From a virus (Duplodnaviria; Caudoviricetes): a stretch of DNA of 60,075 bases. This document shows, in pieces, positions 1 to 8,634 of the stretch. The stretch is taken from IMG/VR virus record IMGVR_UViG_3300009508_000005, positions 1 through 60,075 of that record, one strand, 5' to 3'. Position numbers and translations under genes: made by a program. Positions within the stretch are counted from its first letter, which is position 1, and every line of letters begins with the position of its first letter. The notes below the pieces were generated by a model. The model was not told where the DNA came from and ran no database searches. It worked only from the letters and a program-made list of their open reading frames with translations.

Positions 1-123
1 CCGATGTCCAGGAACCGCTGCACACGACTCTCCGCAATTGTCGACTTGGTACCCAGTCGGGCGGTAGCTAGCGCCTGTACAATCAGGTTGGTGTCCTCGT
101 CCGCTTCCTCGTACTCGGTTAGC
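1..123 (+). repeat. Terminal direct repeat copy 1 (circular assembly overlap)
   Basis: Identical to 59953-60075; lies inside the polymerase ORF. Confidence 0.95.
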
Positions 124-1004
124 GCCACCATGCCCTCGTCTGTCTTGGCGAACGCTTCCACCAGCAGTGCTCTGCCCTCTGCGTCCCGGCGCTTGGGGCT
201 ACGCTTCATTGGGATCGCCACGCCGTAGTAGCGCAGCATGTCCGCGAACTTGACGTTCGAGCGCAGCAGCTTCTGCGTCATATCCATACGCACGCCGTGC
301 TCAGCGCTGGGGTCCACGCCCAGTATGTTGGCGACTTCGGACAGTGTGGCAGCTTTGCGCTCCGCTAACTCGATACCCATAGCGCGGAGCAGGGGAACGT
401 CCAGTGCCAGACGCGCCTCGGCCCACATCTTTGTAGCGAGGTGGGCAATAAACAGCTCTGTCTTGGGGAACTTGGTCACCATCGCGTCCCACAGCATGCC
501 GCAGATTATGCTGTCCTTCACGCAGTAGTTGCCGTAGGCGGCCAACTCGTGGGGGTTGAAGTCAAGGCGGCGTTTGCCTGCTGCCCTTATCACCTCGTCC
601 CCCTTGTCGATAGGCAGGTTGTACATTCGAGCCAGGGCGCCCAGCGCGTTGCTCAGGTTCTTGCCGTCCGGCCCTTTGCTGCCGTGCAGGCGGCGCGCTA
701 GTTGTAGCGTACAGCCGTAGTACGCGGGGCGCACACCCAGCACCTCGGTGAGAACGAGCGCGTCGAACAGGCTGAGGTTATGGCCGATGACGAACATCTG
801 CGACCAGTCGAACGACTGCGCTATGTCCCGCAGGTACTCCAGCGTGCCGGTGTACCACGTCTGGGGTTGCCCCTTTATTCCTATGGCGAACCCGATCAGA
901 TCGAAGCGCTCGTCTCGAATGTATTCCTCGGCTGTCATGTTGGTTAGTGAGTACTTGGTAGCTGGGTCGTAGAATGTTTCGGCGTCGAACGTCCAATAGT
1001 TCAT
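1..1004 (-). CDS. DNA polymerase family A, N-terminal part (3'-5' exonuclease domain); continues across the join to 58797, ~719 aa total
   Basis: ATG at 1004 gives MNYWTFDAETFYDP (ExoI DxE motif); in frame with 58797..59975 through the terminal overlap; not in the ORF track because it runs off the edge. Confidence 0.9.
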   Translation of the reverse strand, partial: MNYWTFDAETFYDPATKYSLTNMTAEEYIRDERFDLIGFAIGIKGQPQTWYTGTLEYLRDIAQSFDWSQMFVIGHNLSLFDALVLTEVLGVRPAYYGCTLQLARRLHGSKGPDGKNLSNALGALARMYNLPIDKGDEVIRAAGKRRLDFNPHELAAYGNYCVKDSIICGMLWDAMVTKFPKTELFIAHLATKMWAEARLALDVPLLRAMGIELAERKAATLSEVANILGVDPSAEHGVRMDMTQKLLRSNVKFADMLRYYGVAIPMKRSPKRRDAEGRALLVEAFAKTDEGMVALTEYEEADEDTNLIVQALATARLGTKSTIAESRVQRFLDI

Positions 1005-1927
1005 GCTTCGCTCCCTGTGTTACCACGGTCTTCCCACCCTTGGCGGTAGCCGCGCTCCAGATCACGCAGTTGCTGGCTCTCGTCTTTCCAGCTTATTTCT
1101 TTGTCGGTGTAGCCGCAGCTGCGCAGGAAGGCGTTGACTTGCTCGTCGGTTGGGGCGCCATTACGTGACTTACTCATGGTTTGCGCCCCAGATAGTCGAA
1201 TTGATTCCGAGCCCATGTCAGCATAGTGCTCCCCGTCGTTGCCGTTGCGGGCTATGTTGTCCATGCGCGCGTCTTCGGGGTATCCGAGGTCCATACCTAC
1301 GAACCCCGCCACGGTGTCGAGCACATCCCTGGCGAGCCCCGCGTTTGTTGCTGTGTTTGTGGGGCCCGGTCGGCTGGATTCATAAGCGTGAATAAGCACC
1401 TCACAGTTAGGTCTGTGATCCTCGTATTCTGGTACACCGCAAGCGGAGCAGCAGGCGCTATTCACAGTTAGGGGTTCATCGCCCAGGCCAACCACGTTGC
1501 GCTCCGCGTGCGTGTAGTGGGTCACGTCCGCGTCTTTGTGTCGCTCGATCAGGCTGGCGCATATCTCGTTCAGGGACTCGATGTGCTTGCCGATCTGCAC
1601 CTTGGGGCGTGCTGGGCGGTCATCGGTGAGCATATCGTTGAGCATGGCGTCGCGCAGCACAACCAGGCTGCTGATGGCTTTGGTGATGTGGGATAGGCTG
1701 GATGCGTCGTCGATGTCCTCGCCCTCCCACCACGCGATCAGGTGCCGCAGCGTGGCGTCGTAGTAGACGCTGGCGCGGACACCCGCGTGCCGATAATTGT
1801 GGCGGCCGTACTTGCTGGCGCCCTCAAACATAGCGGTGGCGACTTCCAACATGACGTTGGCCGGTAGTACGGACATCGACACTTTGCCAATAGCTACGGC
1901 GTCCTTGGGGTTGGTGGGCTTATTCAT
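1001..1927 (-). CDS. dATP/dGTP diphosphohydrolase-like (DUF5664-type) domain protein with C-terminal extension
   Basis: NPKDAV..K, GASKYGRHNYR, YYDATLRHL.AWWEGEDID..S.LSH; start taken at MNKPTNPK; stop overlaps pol ATG (ATGA). Confidence 0.8.
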   Translation of the reverse strand: MNKPTNPKDAVAIGKVSMSVLPANVMLEVATAMFEGASKYGRHNYRHAGVRASVYYDATLRHLIAWWEGEDIDDASSLSHITKAISSLVVLRDAMLNDMLTDDRPARPKVQIGKHIESLNEICASLIERHKDADVTHYTHAERNVVGLGDEPLTVNSACCSACGVPEYEDHRPNCEVLIHAYESSRPGPTNTATNAGLARDVLDTVAGFVGMDLGYPEDARMDNIARNGNDGEHYADMGSESIRLSGAQTMSKSRNGAPTDEQVNAFLRSCGYTDKEISWKDESQQLRDLERGYRQGWEDRGNTGSEA

Positions 1928-2312
1928 TGGGCTTGTCCTGTTGTGTGGGTACGAAACCAACCTCGGCGCCGATGAATACCTCGTCGGGTATGTTCTCCCA
2001 CTCGTTGCGCAGTACGGTGAACTCGCCTTCGTTCCAGTAGCGCAAGAACGCCATAGAATCGTCGTCGCCCTCGCAGTTCTCCAACGCGTAAGCGATTGCA
2101 TATACAGCGGCGTCACTACCCGTGGTGGGCTCATCCGTTGTAAGCTCCATACTGCCCACGTGATCCATGGGCAGTAACAACGGGCGGCGGTGGTCAAACT
2201 CACCGTGATCTACGTCCGCAACGTCGAGGAAGTGCGAGGCTATATCCAAGCAGGCTTCCTCCAGGTTTTTCGCGTGTATGACGGTGTTGGCGGTGAAGTA
2301 AAACTGTTTCAT
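1920..2312 (-). CDS. Hypothetical protein
   Basis: Overlap-coupled acidic ORF in minus-strand operon. Confidence 0.65.
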   Translation of the reverse strand: MKQFYFTANTVIHAKNLEEACLDIASHFLDVADVDHGEFDHRRPLLLPMDHVGSMELTTDEPTTGSDAAVYAIAYALENCEGDDDSMAFLRYWNEGEFTVLRNEWENIPDEVFIGAEVGFVPTQQDKPNE

Positions 2313-2551
2313 TTCCATTCTCCACTCTTGATCTGGATCGGATGTGCGAACCGGTGGTACGGCTCCAGGCAGACGGCGTCCATATCGCACATGCGGTTGC
2401 CAAGGTGTTGGCGCAGGGACTCTGCAAAGGCTTCGTGGATGTCTCCATCGTAGCCGCCGATCCATTTAACCGCTTCGGTTTCGTACCACTTTCCGCTGGG
2501 CTTAAAGAAGTCCACACGTACAGACGTTGCGTCGTGGATATAGTGGGTCAT
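2309..2551 (-). CDS. Hypothetical protein
   Basis: ATGA-coupled ORF (VRVDFFKPSGKWY..E). Confidence 0.7.
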   Translation of the reverse strand: MTHYIHDATSVRVDFFKPSGKWYETEAVKWIGGYDGDIHEAFAESLRQHLGNRMCDMDAVCLEPYHRFAHPIQIKSGEWK

Positions 2552-2946
2552 ACCACAGCCTCCGCTTTCATATCCGACCATTCGCCGGTGTCCAGGTTAT
2601 AGCGCCCGTGCCATTCACCGACGCGAATAGGCAGACCGTGTGGGCTGCCGCTGGGCTTGGGCAGGACGATACGCTCTCCGTCCCAAGGGCCGCCCACGGC
2701 GACCATCAGGCGTTGTTTGGAGCCACGGTGTGTGCCTATGGGCGTAGGCTTGGGGATCAGTTTCAACGTCGGTGCGTCGCAGCGCAGCCAGACAGATGTG
2801 CCCAATCCCAACGCGGTGCGGTACGTTGGTCCTGAGAAATGAATCGCTGACCACTGGTCCGTGCTGGGGTTGTGCTTGAACAACAGACCATCAACCGTCT
2901 GGTGTGTGGTGCCTCGCGGCACCTCGTCCCACGAGTTCATAGGCAT
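2548..2946 (-). CDS. Hypothetical protein
   Basis: Coupled ORF with GGAG upstream. Confidence 0.65.
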   Translation of the reverse strand: MPMNSWDEVPRGTTHQTVDGLLFKHNPSTDQWSAIHFSGPTYRTALGLGTSVWLRCDAPTLKLIPKPTPIGTHRGSKQRLMVAVGGPWDGERIVLPKPSGSPHGLPIRVGEWHGRYNLDTGEWSDMKAEAVV

Positions 2947-2951
2947 GGTCG

Positions 2952-3599
2952 CTACTCCGTGGGTACGACGGTCAGGGCGGGCTTACTACGCGCCTGGCCG
3001 ATGTGTTGCAGGATGTCCAGCAGGTGCGCGGTCTGATACATGGCATCGGCTGCGGCGTCGTGTTGTGCGCCCTCGAACGGCGGTGCGATAACCTGGGGGT
3101 ACAGCTCACGCATCGTGCGGTAGTCGCGCTGGACGTAGTACGGGACGGGGTTCTTGAAGCCTGAGTAATCCATCATGGATTCCATCCAGGTGTGGTCTAT
3201 ACCACCGCACGACCATACGCCCTCAACCTTAGCGTTCTGGTCCTTGACGTAATCGTACCAGGCAATGAACGCTTGGGCGGCGTGGTTGATTGGCATGGCG
3301 GCTTCCATGAATACCCGGTCTTGTTCTTCCTCGGACAGTTCGTCGAACTTCTCGCTGTCTTTCAAGTCGGCCAGATCGGTTGTGGTGGTTAGGCGCTGAC
3401 GGGCTTCGTCGGATTGCTTCATCCACCACAGGGCGGTGCTGGCGCTGATGTCACGGCCTGGTTGGATACGCGGGTCTATGTTGACGTAGAACTGCTCCAG
3501 CAGCACGCCGGTGTCTGCGTCGAACGCAACGGCGCCGAGGGCCAGCAATACGGCGTTGGGCTTGAGGGACAGCGTTTCAAAGTCGATCATAATATGCAT
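2952..3599 (-). CDS. DEDDh 3'-5' exonuclease (exoribonuclease/exonuclease VIII N-terminal-like)
   Basis: HIMIDFETL, RDYRT, HDAAADA motifs. Confidence 0.85.
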   Translation of the reverse strand: MHIMIDFETLSLKPNAVLLALGAVAFDADTGVLLEQFYVNIDPRIQPGRDISASTALWWMKQSDEARQRLTTTTDLADLKDSEKFDELSEEEQDRVFMEAAMPINHAAQAFIAWYDYVKDQNAKVEGVWSCGGIDHTWMESMMDYSGFKNPVPYYVQRDYRTMRELYPQVIAPPFEGAQHDAAADAMYQTAHLLDILQHIGQARSKPALTVVPTE

Positions 3600-3645
3600 G
3601 GTGTTTCTCCGGGTTGTAATTAGGTAGTTACCAATAGGAAGTAAC

Positions 3646-3674
3646 TGTATAACTTTGTATTAGATAGAAGTCAA
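3646..3674 (-). promoter_or_regulatory. Sigma70-like promoter TTGACT-N17-TATACA
   Basis: Near-consensus hexamers with 17-bp spacer in AT-rich gap upstream of the exonuclease-polymerase operon. Confidence 0.6.
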
Positions 3675-3771
3675 GGCCAGCAGACGGAAAACCCGCAGCG
3701 GGCGATACTATCCACGAGGCCGTGGGCGGCCAGTATCACCGCCACCAGCAACGTGAACTTGGCGGCGCTGC

Positions 3772-4053
3772 TCACTTGCCTCGCTCCTTTTCAACCTGCT
3801 TCTTGATTTTCACGGCAGCAGCATACGCGGTGTCCAGATCCTCGAACTGGGCGCGCAGGAGTTCACTGTCTGCAATGAACTGGGATAGCACCGCCATCAG
3901 CTGGTCCGTGTGGTCGGGTGCCGTGCGTTCTAGCCCCCGCTGCAGCAGCGTGACCACTTGGGCATTAGCCGTGCGGTGGTCCTGCTCCGCTGATTTAAGT
4001 ACCCGCGCGTGCAGCGCGAGTGGTAGTCGTGCAGTAAATCGGTGGGTTGTCAT
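3772..4053 (-). CDS. Arc-like ribbon-helix-helix DNA-binding protein
   Basis: HRFTARLPLALHARV...A....RTANAQVVTLL fits the Arc/Mnt pattern. Confidence 0.8.
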   Translation of the reverse strand: MTTHRFTARLPLALHARVLKSAEQDHRTANAQVVTLLQRGLERTAPDHTDQLMAVLSQFIADSELLRAQFEDLDTAYAAAVKIKKQVEKERGK

Positions 4054-4208
4054 GCGTCACCTCCCTTGTTCGCCGCGTCCACTGCGCGTGCTAGTGCCCT
4101 GATGGGGCTGCCTGGATCCACGGAGGCAATAGCCATCATTCCCCGCGCTTCTGGCGAGTAGCTGAGGTGGTGAAACATCCGCATTTCTATTGTTTCTGGG
4201 CCGCTCAT
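4050..4208 (-). CDS. Small hypothetical protein (52 aa)
   Basis: MSGPETIEMRMF...; ATGA overlaps at both ends; below ORF-track cutoff. Confidence 0.5.
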   Translation of the reverse strand: MSGPETIEMRMFHHLSYSPEARGMMAIASVDPGSPIRALARAVDAANKGGDA

Positions 4209-4438
4209 ACGTGGTGCTCCTGTCTCATCTGGTTAATAGATTTGCTGCTCAGTGCGGATAACCAGCGCAGGCGGCTGGCCTCGTAGTCGTCGGCCTGTGC
4301 CCAAGCCTGTTGGGCGGTGTCGGCTGACCCTACCCACGCGCCGCAGAACCGCGCGACGTACTGTCCGCGCGACCTGCCGGTGCGCTCCAAGCGCACGGTG
4401 TAACGGCGGTCGCGTTTGGTGGTGCGTGTGCTGCTCAT
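4205..4438 (-). CDS. Hypothetical protein (paralog of C-terminal half of 7362..7859)
   Basis: RYTVRLE..G....YVARFCG motif shared. Confidence 0.6.
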   Translation of the reverse strand: MSSTRTTKRDRRYTVRLERTGRSRGQYVARFCGAWVGSADTAQQAWAQADDYEASRLRWLSALSSKSINQMRQEHHV

Positions 4439-4785
4439 AAAATTCCCCTGCGTTGTAGCTGTGACCCGCTGACATAGGTGCTTGGCCCTAGTAGCGCCTT
4501 GCGCGCTAGCCCGCGCCACGTTAGGGCGGCTATGTACTTGCGTCCAGTAACCAGCACCAACTTGGTCCGCTTGCCATACTTGACGACCTTTACGCGGGGC
4601 ACCTTGTCGCCGAACGCGCGGCGCATAGCTGGGCGACGGGCTGCCAATTCCCACATGACGGATGTGGGGGCTGTCCTCAGCTCCTGGTGTATCCGCGAAG
4701 CCACTGCCCTGGTTAGTGGGGATCCCAGTAGATAATCCAGTCTCTCCCTGATCCTGTTCAGATCGCAATTAGGGGTGCCGCTCAT
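4435..4785 (-). CDS. Hypothetical basic protein
   Basis: Coupled ORF starting MSGTPNC. Confidence 0.55.
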   Translation of the reverse strand: MSGTPNCDLNRIRERLDYLLGSPLTRAVASRIHQELRTAPTSVMWELAARRPAMRRAFGDKVPRVKVVKYGKRTKLVLVTGRKYIAALTWRGLARKALLGPSTYVSGSQLQRRGIL

Positions 4786-5075
4786 AGGTCCATCCCCCGT
4801 GCTGCGTTTAGTACTGCGTCGGTCCAGGTACTGCCCTGCTGCACTTTCAACTGCGCGGCACTGACCTGGGCGGGCGTCGCGTTGAGCTCTCGAAGTGCCT
4901 CCGCGACCAACAGCAGGTGATGCGTGGCTAGCGACTCGCGGTAGGGCTGCGGATCCGTTAGTCGCGGTGCCGGACCTGCCACATGGATGGCATACGACGC
5001 GCCCCAACTCTCGACGCTGATACGGTCTAGGGCGGTGTGCATGGCCCTGGTTATCTTTATTTGCCGCTGGCTCAT
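4782..5075 (-). CDS. Hypothetical protein
   Basis: Coupled ORF starting MSQRQIK. Confidence 0.55.
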   Translation of the reverse strand: MSQRQIKITRAMHTALDRISVESWGASYAIHVAGPAPRLTDPQPYRESLATHHLLLVAEALRELNATPAQVSAAQLKVQQGSTWTDAVLNAARGMDL

Positions 5076-5323
5076 GGCTTGTCCCCCGGTTGCTCTGCTT
5101 CGGGTGCGTATGCGTCGGCCCAGGCGTTCAAAAGTCGCGCCAATGTGCGCGCATTTTCGACGCCGGGTATGGCGACCATTTCGTCCGCCTCGTCGTCGCA
5201 TATCCACACGCGACCTTGCCCCTCGGCGCCATCGAAGGTGATCCGTACCGGGCGCTCCATTCCGATGTTCGACGCCTCACGCGGCGGCGGTGGAAGGATG
5301 ACGTCTTCGATAAAATCGGTCAC
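5072..5323 (-). CDS. Hypothetical protein
   Basis: GTG start with GGAG SD; coupled. Confidence 0.55.
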   Translation of the reverse strand: MTDFIEDVILPPPPREASNIGMERPVRITFDGAEGQGRVWICDDEADEMVAIPGVENARTLARLLNAWADAYAPEAEQPGDKP

Positions 5324-5580
5324 AGTTTGTTCTCCAATTGCTCTAGGGTATCCACCACAGCGCGCCAATACCGTGCGTCCTGCATAGCCTCGGTGGATAT
5401 GGCGGCGAAACGGGCGTCTTTGTATGTCCGCGCGTCGTGGCGTGAGTAGCGGGCTATCTGCACAGCTTTGCCCACCTGCCCCCGCGCGGATTCTATCTGC
5501 GCTTGGCGGGTCTGGCGGTCCCTGCGCTCCGCAGGTGATGGGTAGTACGTTGGGTAGTTAGATTTACTTGGGGCGCTCAT
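5320..5580 (-). CDS. Hypothetical protein
   Basis: Coupled ORF starting MSAPSK. Confidence 0.55.
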   Translation of the reverse strand: MSAPSKSNYPTYYPSPAERRDRQTRQAQIESARGQVGKAVQIARYSRHDARTYKDARFAAISTEAMQDARYWRAVVDTLEQLENKL

Positions 5581-5879
5581 GGTTGCGCCCTCGCAGTTTC
5601 GCGGACGGCGGCGCGCCAATCCATATCGGTCGCTAGCACCCGGGCGTGTTCCACGTCGTCGACGCCAAGTCCCAACAATCCGCACGCAATGCGCGCTTTC
5701 ATCGTCCGTGCGAGTAATCGGGCGCCTTCCAGGTCCAGAGTTCCTAGTGCCACGGCTGTGCCGTTGCGCTTGCGCGTGAACACCGTGTGCACTCCGTCGC
5801 CCTGGGGCGTTACTGTAACCTCGTGCTGCGCGGCGTCTATCGCCTTGCCTATTGCTATTTTATGCGTTGGTCGTTTCAT
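5577..5879 (-). CDS. Hypothetical protein
   Basis: MKRPTH start with GAGG SD. Confidence 0.55.
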   Translation of the reverse strand: MKRPTHKIAIGKAIDAAQHEVTVTPQGDGVHTVFTRKRNGTAVALGTLDLEGARLLARTMKARIACGLLGLGVDDVEHARVLATDMDWRAAVRETARAQP

Positions 5880-5901
5880 GGTTGCCTCTCTCGGGTGCCG
5901 C

Positions 5902-6198
5902 TCATGGCCTGCGGTATCTGCGGTGCGTCCTACCAGGGCGCACGACACATACGGCGGGGTTAATTGCGCGTTTTCGCGCGGTCGAACCGACGCTTGGCGC
6001 GCTTGCTGTTGTATATGCGGGTTCCTTGGCGGATCCGCACCGGGCGCATTCAAACATCACGTCGTATACTCCGCACGGTATAGGCCCGCCGTGGCGCTTG
6101 GCCCTGGTGTATACCCACGAGGTGCGCGGGCCTAGTTCCTCCCACTTGTGCCCAAACAGACAGCGGGCGGCGGCAAACAGCTTGCACAGTTTGCTCAT
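5902..6198 (-). CDS. Hypothetical Cys/His-containing (possible zinc-ribbon) protein
   Basis: CLFGHKW...CARCG. Confidence 0.5.
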   Translation of the reverse strand: MSKLCKLFAAARCLFGHKWEELGPRTSWVYTRAKRHGGPIPCGVYDVMFECARCGSAKEPAYTTASAPSVGSTARKRAINPAVCVVRPGRTHRRYRRP

Positions 6199-6557
6199 GG
6201 TTTCCGCACTCCGGTAATGGTGATTACATAGGCTTGTCGGCCTGCTCTGTCCTCGCGCTTCCACGTGTGCCGCACGCCCTGGCGGTGCAGCTGGTGCAGG
6301 TGCCATTGTGCGGCGGCGCTACTGTAAACAGTGATGGTTTCCCGCCCTCCTTTCTCCCGCAATATGTCGGCGCGGGGGATATGGCCGGGGCGTTCCTCGG
6401 ACCACATAGACAGCCGCGCGCGTCCTGCGGCAAGGGCGAACTGTAGTTCTGCCTTGGCAAGCTGTCGCTGGTGCGCTGTCGCTGGCGCTGCGGTTACGCG
6501 GCGGGCTTCTTCTGCTGCGCGTTGGAATTCGACTACCTTGGCTAGATTTACGCTCAT
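6195..6557 (-). CDS. Hypothetical protein
   Basis: Coupled ORF. Confidence 0.55.
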   Translation of the reverse strand: MSVNLAKVVEFQRAAEEARRVTAAPATAHQRQLAKAELQFALAAGRARLSMWSEERPGHIPRADILREKGGRETITVYSSAAAQWHLHQLHRQGVRHTWKREDRAGRQAYVITITGVRKP

Positions 6558-6844
6558 TTCGCTGCGCTCCCTTCCAGATTTACCCGTGCATATACGGTGC
6601 CCACTAAGCGCCCGCGCTCTTTTACCTGTACGCCGTTCGCTACGGGGTGCGTAGTGTAGTCGTCACGGTGCCCACAGCTCACGGACCAGCTGCCATAGCC
6701 GTTTGCCGATTTGTGCACGCCGGTTATCATTCCGGTCCTGGCGCGCTTCAATTTGTCGAACCCGTACTTTTGGACCAGTGCACGACGTATGATCGTATCC
6801 TCGGTCAGCGTCGGCATGGGCGGCAGTGCTTGCTGTGTGTTCAT
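6554..6844 (-). CDS. Hypothetical protein
   Basis: Coupled ORF. Confidence 0.55.
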   Translation of the reverse strand: MNTQQALPPMPTLTEDTIIRRALVQKYGFDKLKRARTGMITGVHKSANGYGSWSVSCGHRDDYTTHPVANGVQVKERGRLVGTVYARVNLEGSAAK

Positions 6845-7044
6845 GCGTCTGGATCCTCTGTGTTGAATACGTCGCGGGCGGTGGCTATCAATTCCGCTGC
6901 CTGCGTCTCAGTGATGCCGTGGGACTCCGCGAAGCGCCCCACACTTAGCCAGTTGTTGCGCCAGTCCAGATAAACAGCGGTCAGGTAGTCGCGGGCCTGC
7001 TGTTGCTGTGGCGGGTGCGTGGGGATTAGTGGCTCGGTTTTCAT
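6841..7044 (-). CDS. Hypothetical protein
   Basis: YLDWRNNWLSV.RFAE.HGI; GGAG SD. Confidence 0.65.
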   Translation of the reverse strand: MKTEPLIPTHPPQQQQARDYLTAVYLDWRNNWLSVGRFAESHGITETQAAELIATARDVFNTEDPDA

Positions 7045-7049
7045 GGTGG

Positions 7050-7358
7050 TCAGTCTCCAATAATAATTTTAAAAAGGCGGTGTTGTTGGTCGCGGGCGTG
7101 CTCCAGTGCCTGGCGTACCAGTGCACTGCTTGGGCATCGTTGGGCGGCGGCTTCTTCCTTGGCGGTATCCTGGCACGCGTGGTTATACGCGTCGGCGTCG
7201 GCCTGGGTGAATATATAACCATTAACGGCGCGATAACCTTTGTATGTGGGTTCTGCGTCGATCATGGCGCGCACGCGGGCGCGGTGCCGCTCGTGTATGC
7301 CTGGGTCTGGCGCGCTGATTACGGTCTGGCGCGCTGCGTGCTGTCCGGTGTCAATCAT
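7050..7358 (-). CDS. Hypothetical protein
   Basis: ORF with GGAG SD. Confidence 0.6.
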   Translation of the reverse strand: MIDTGQHAARQTVISAPDPGIHERHRARVRAMIDAEPTYKGYRAVNGYIFTQADADAYNHACQDTAKEEAAAQRCPSSALVRQALEHARDQQHRLFKIIIGD

Positions 7359-7361
7359 GTT

Positions 7362-7859
7362 TTATTGCTCCTGGCCAACAAAGGCCGCGTGTTCTGGGGT
7401 GCCTGGTGTGTACGGGGCAGTGCGTGCAGCGTTGTGCGTGTAACATCGGCCCCAAGCCTGGGCGGCGGTGCTGCATCCGAAAGCGCCGGGGCTGTCCTGG
7501 CTGGCGGGTAATGCCTCGCCACAAAAGCGGGCTATATAGCTGGGCTGGGCCTCGCCGTGGTATTCACGGGCGACGGTGTACCGGCTATCGCGCTGGATGG
7601 TGCGCAGGTCCGCGCCAGCGTACAGGTAGACTGCTTTGCGCCATTCGCGGCGGGCTTCGGTTAGGGTGTCGAAGCTCTCCCACATTATCCGACCTGGGCC
7701 TTTGTGGTCATGTGCTCGGACGTGATAACAGGCGCCTTCGTGCCATAAATCGACTACAAGGTCGCGCTTGTTGTCTGTGAGCTCAAAGCGCTGGATGTAT
7801 CCGCACGCCAGCGCATAGGCTGACAGACCGGATTTGGTTTTGAATACTGGGGTGGTCAT
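7362..7859 (-). CDS. Hypothetical two-domain protein
   Basis: LSAYALACGYIQ N-domain plus YIARFCG C-domain. Confidence 0.65.
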   Translation of the reverse strand: MTTPVFKTKSGLSAYALACGYIQRFELTDNKRDLVVDLWHEGACYHVRAHDHKGPGRIMWESFDTLTEARREWRKAVYLYAGADLRTIQRDSRYTVAREYHGEAQPSYIARFCGEALPASQDSPGAFGCSTAAQAWGRCYTHNAARTAPYTPGTPEHAAFVGQEQ

Positions 7860-7863
7860 GGTG

Positions 7864-8049
7864 TCATACCCCTTCGGTCACGGTGTAACACTCGCCAACG
7901 TGGTAGCCTGCTTTGCGGGCGTCTTCTAGTGCCTGGGTCCGGGCGTTGTCTTTGTTGTTGGTCAGTACGGGCCACGTTGTGCGCTGCCATGCGCTGTCCT
8001 GGTGCGTTTTGGTTTGCAGGGCGACGGTGTACGCGGTGTGGTTGGTCAT
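7864..8049 (-). CDS. Hypothetical protein
   Basis: MTNHTAY start, GAGG SD. Confidence 0.5.
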   Translation of the reverse strand: MTNHTAYTVALQTKTHQDSAWQRTTWPVLTNNKDNARTQALEDARKAGYHVGECYTVTEGV

Positions 8050-8309
8050 AGCTGTGCACCTCGTTCGGTTCGGCCATATGCTCGGGCCTGGTCGTCTAGT
8101 CGCTCGGCCAGGCGGGCGCTGCGTTTCGCGCTCTCGCGGTATGCGGCGGCGGTCTTGGCGTGCGTTGCTGCCTCGCGGCGTAGGTACTCGGCGCGGATTG
8201 CGTCCGGTTCTGTCGCGGCTGCGGCGGCGTGTCGATCCGCGTCGCGCTGGGCCTGGTTGGCGCGCTGGGTGTAATGGTCTACCCATTCATGCGGTGTTAT
8301 GTCTCTCAT
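8046..8309 (-). CDS. Hypothetical helical protein
   Basis: Coupled Ala/Arg-rich ORF. Confidence 0.55.
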   Translation of the reverse strand: MRDITPHEWVDHYTQRANQAQRDADRHAAAAATEPDAIRAEYLRREAATHAKTAAAYRESAKRSARLAERLDDQARAYGRTERGAQL

Positions 8310-8581
8310 AATGTGGGCGCCTTGAAGCTGTAGGTATTGCCCGCCGTGGTCATGCGGGTGTTTTCACGGGTTGGGCTCGTTGCCCATTGTGTGGGCAGTG
8401 CGACGGCAAGCGCGGGCGGTTGTCCTGGTTGGGCCAGGGTGCAGGTGGTCCAGCCTTGGCGGTCGCGGTCTGCGCGGACAATCTGCCAGGGCATCCCGTC
8501 TCGGTATATCGTCGCGCCTTCGAGCGGTGCGGCGGGTGGTAGTTGAGCGCTCTGGGTGCGCATGGTTATTAGCTGGGTCAT
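8306..8581 (-). CDS. Hypothetical protein
   Basis: MTQLITM start after CCGGAG leader. Confidence 0.5.
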   Translation of the reverse strand: MTQLITMRTQSAQLPPAAPLEGATIYRDGMPWQIVRADRDRQGWTTCTLAQPGQPPALAVALPTQWATSPTRENTRMTTAGNTYSFKAPTL

Positions 8582-8634
8582 GGCGGTGCTCCGGTGCTGC
8601 CCGGTTTCCCGGGCGGTGTGATTAGATGGCGGTG

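Noticed and set aside
1001-1927. 2-aminoadenine (Z) genome system
   Set aside because: No PurZ/adenylosuccinate-synthetase-like ORF recognised
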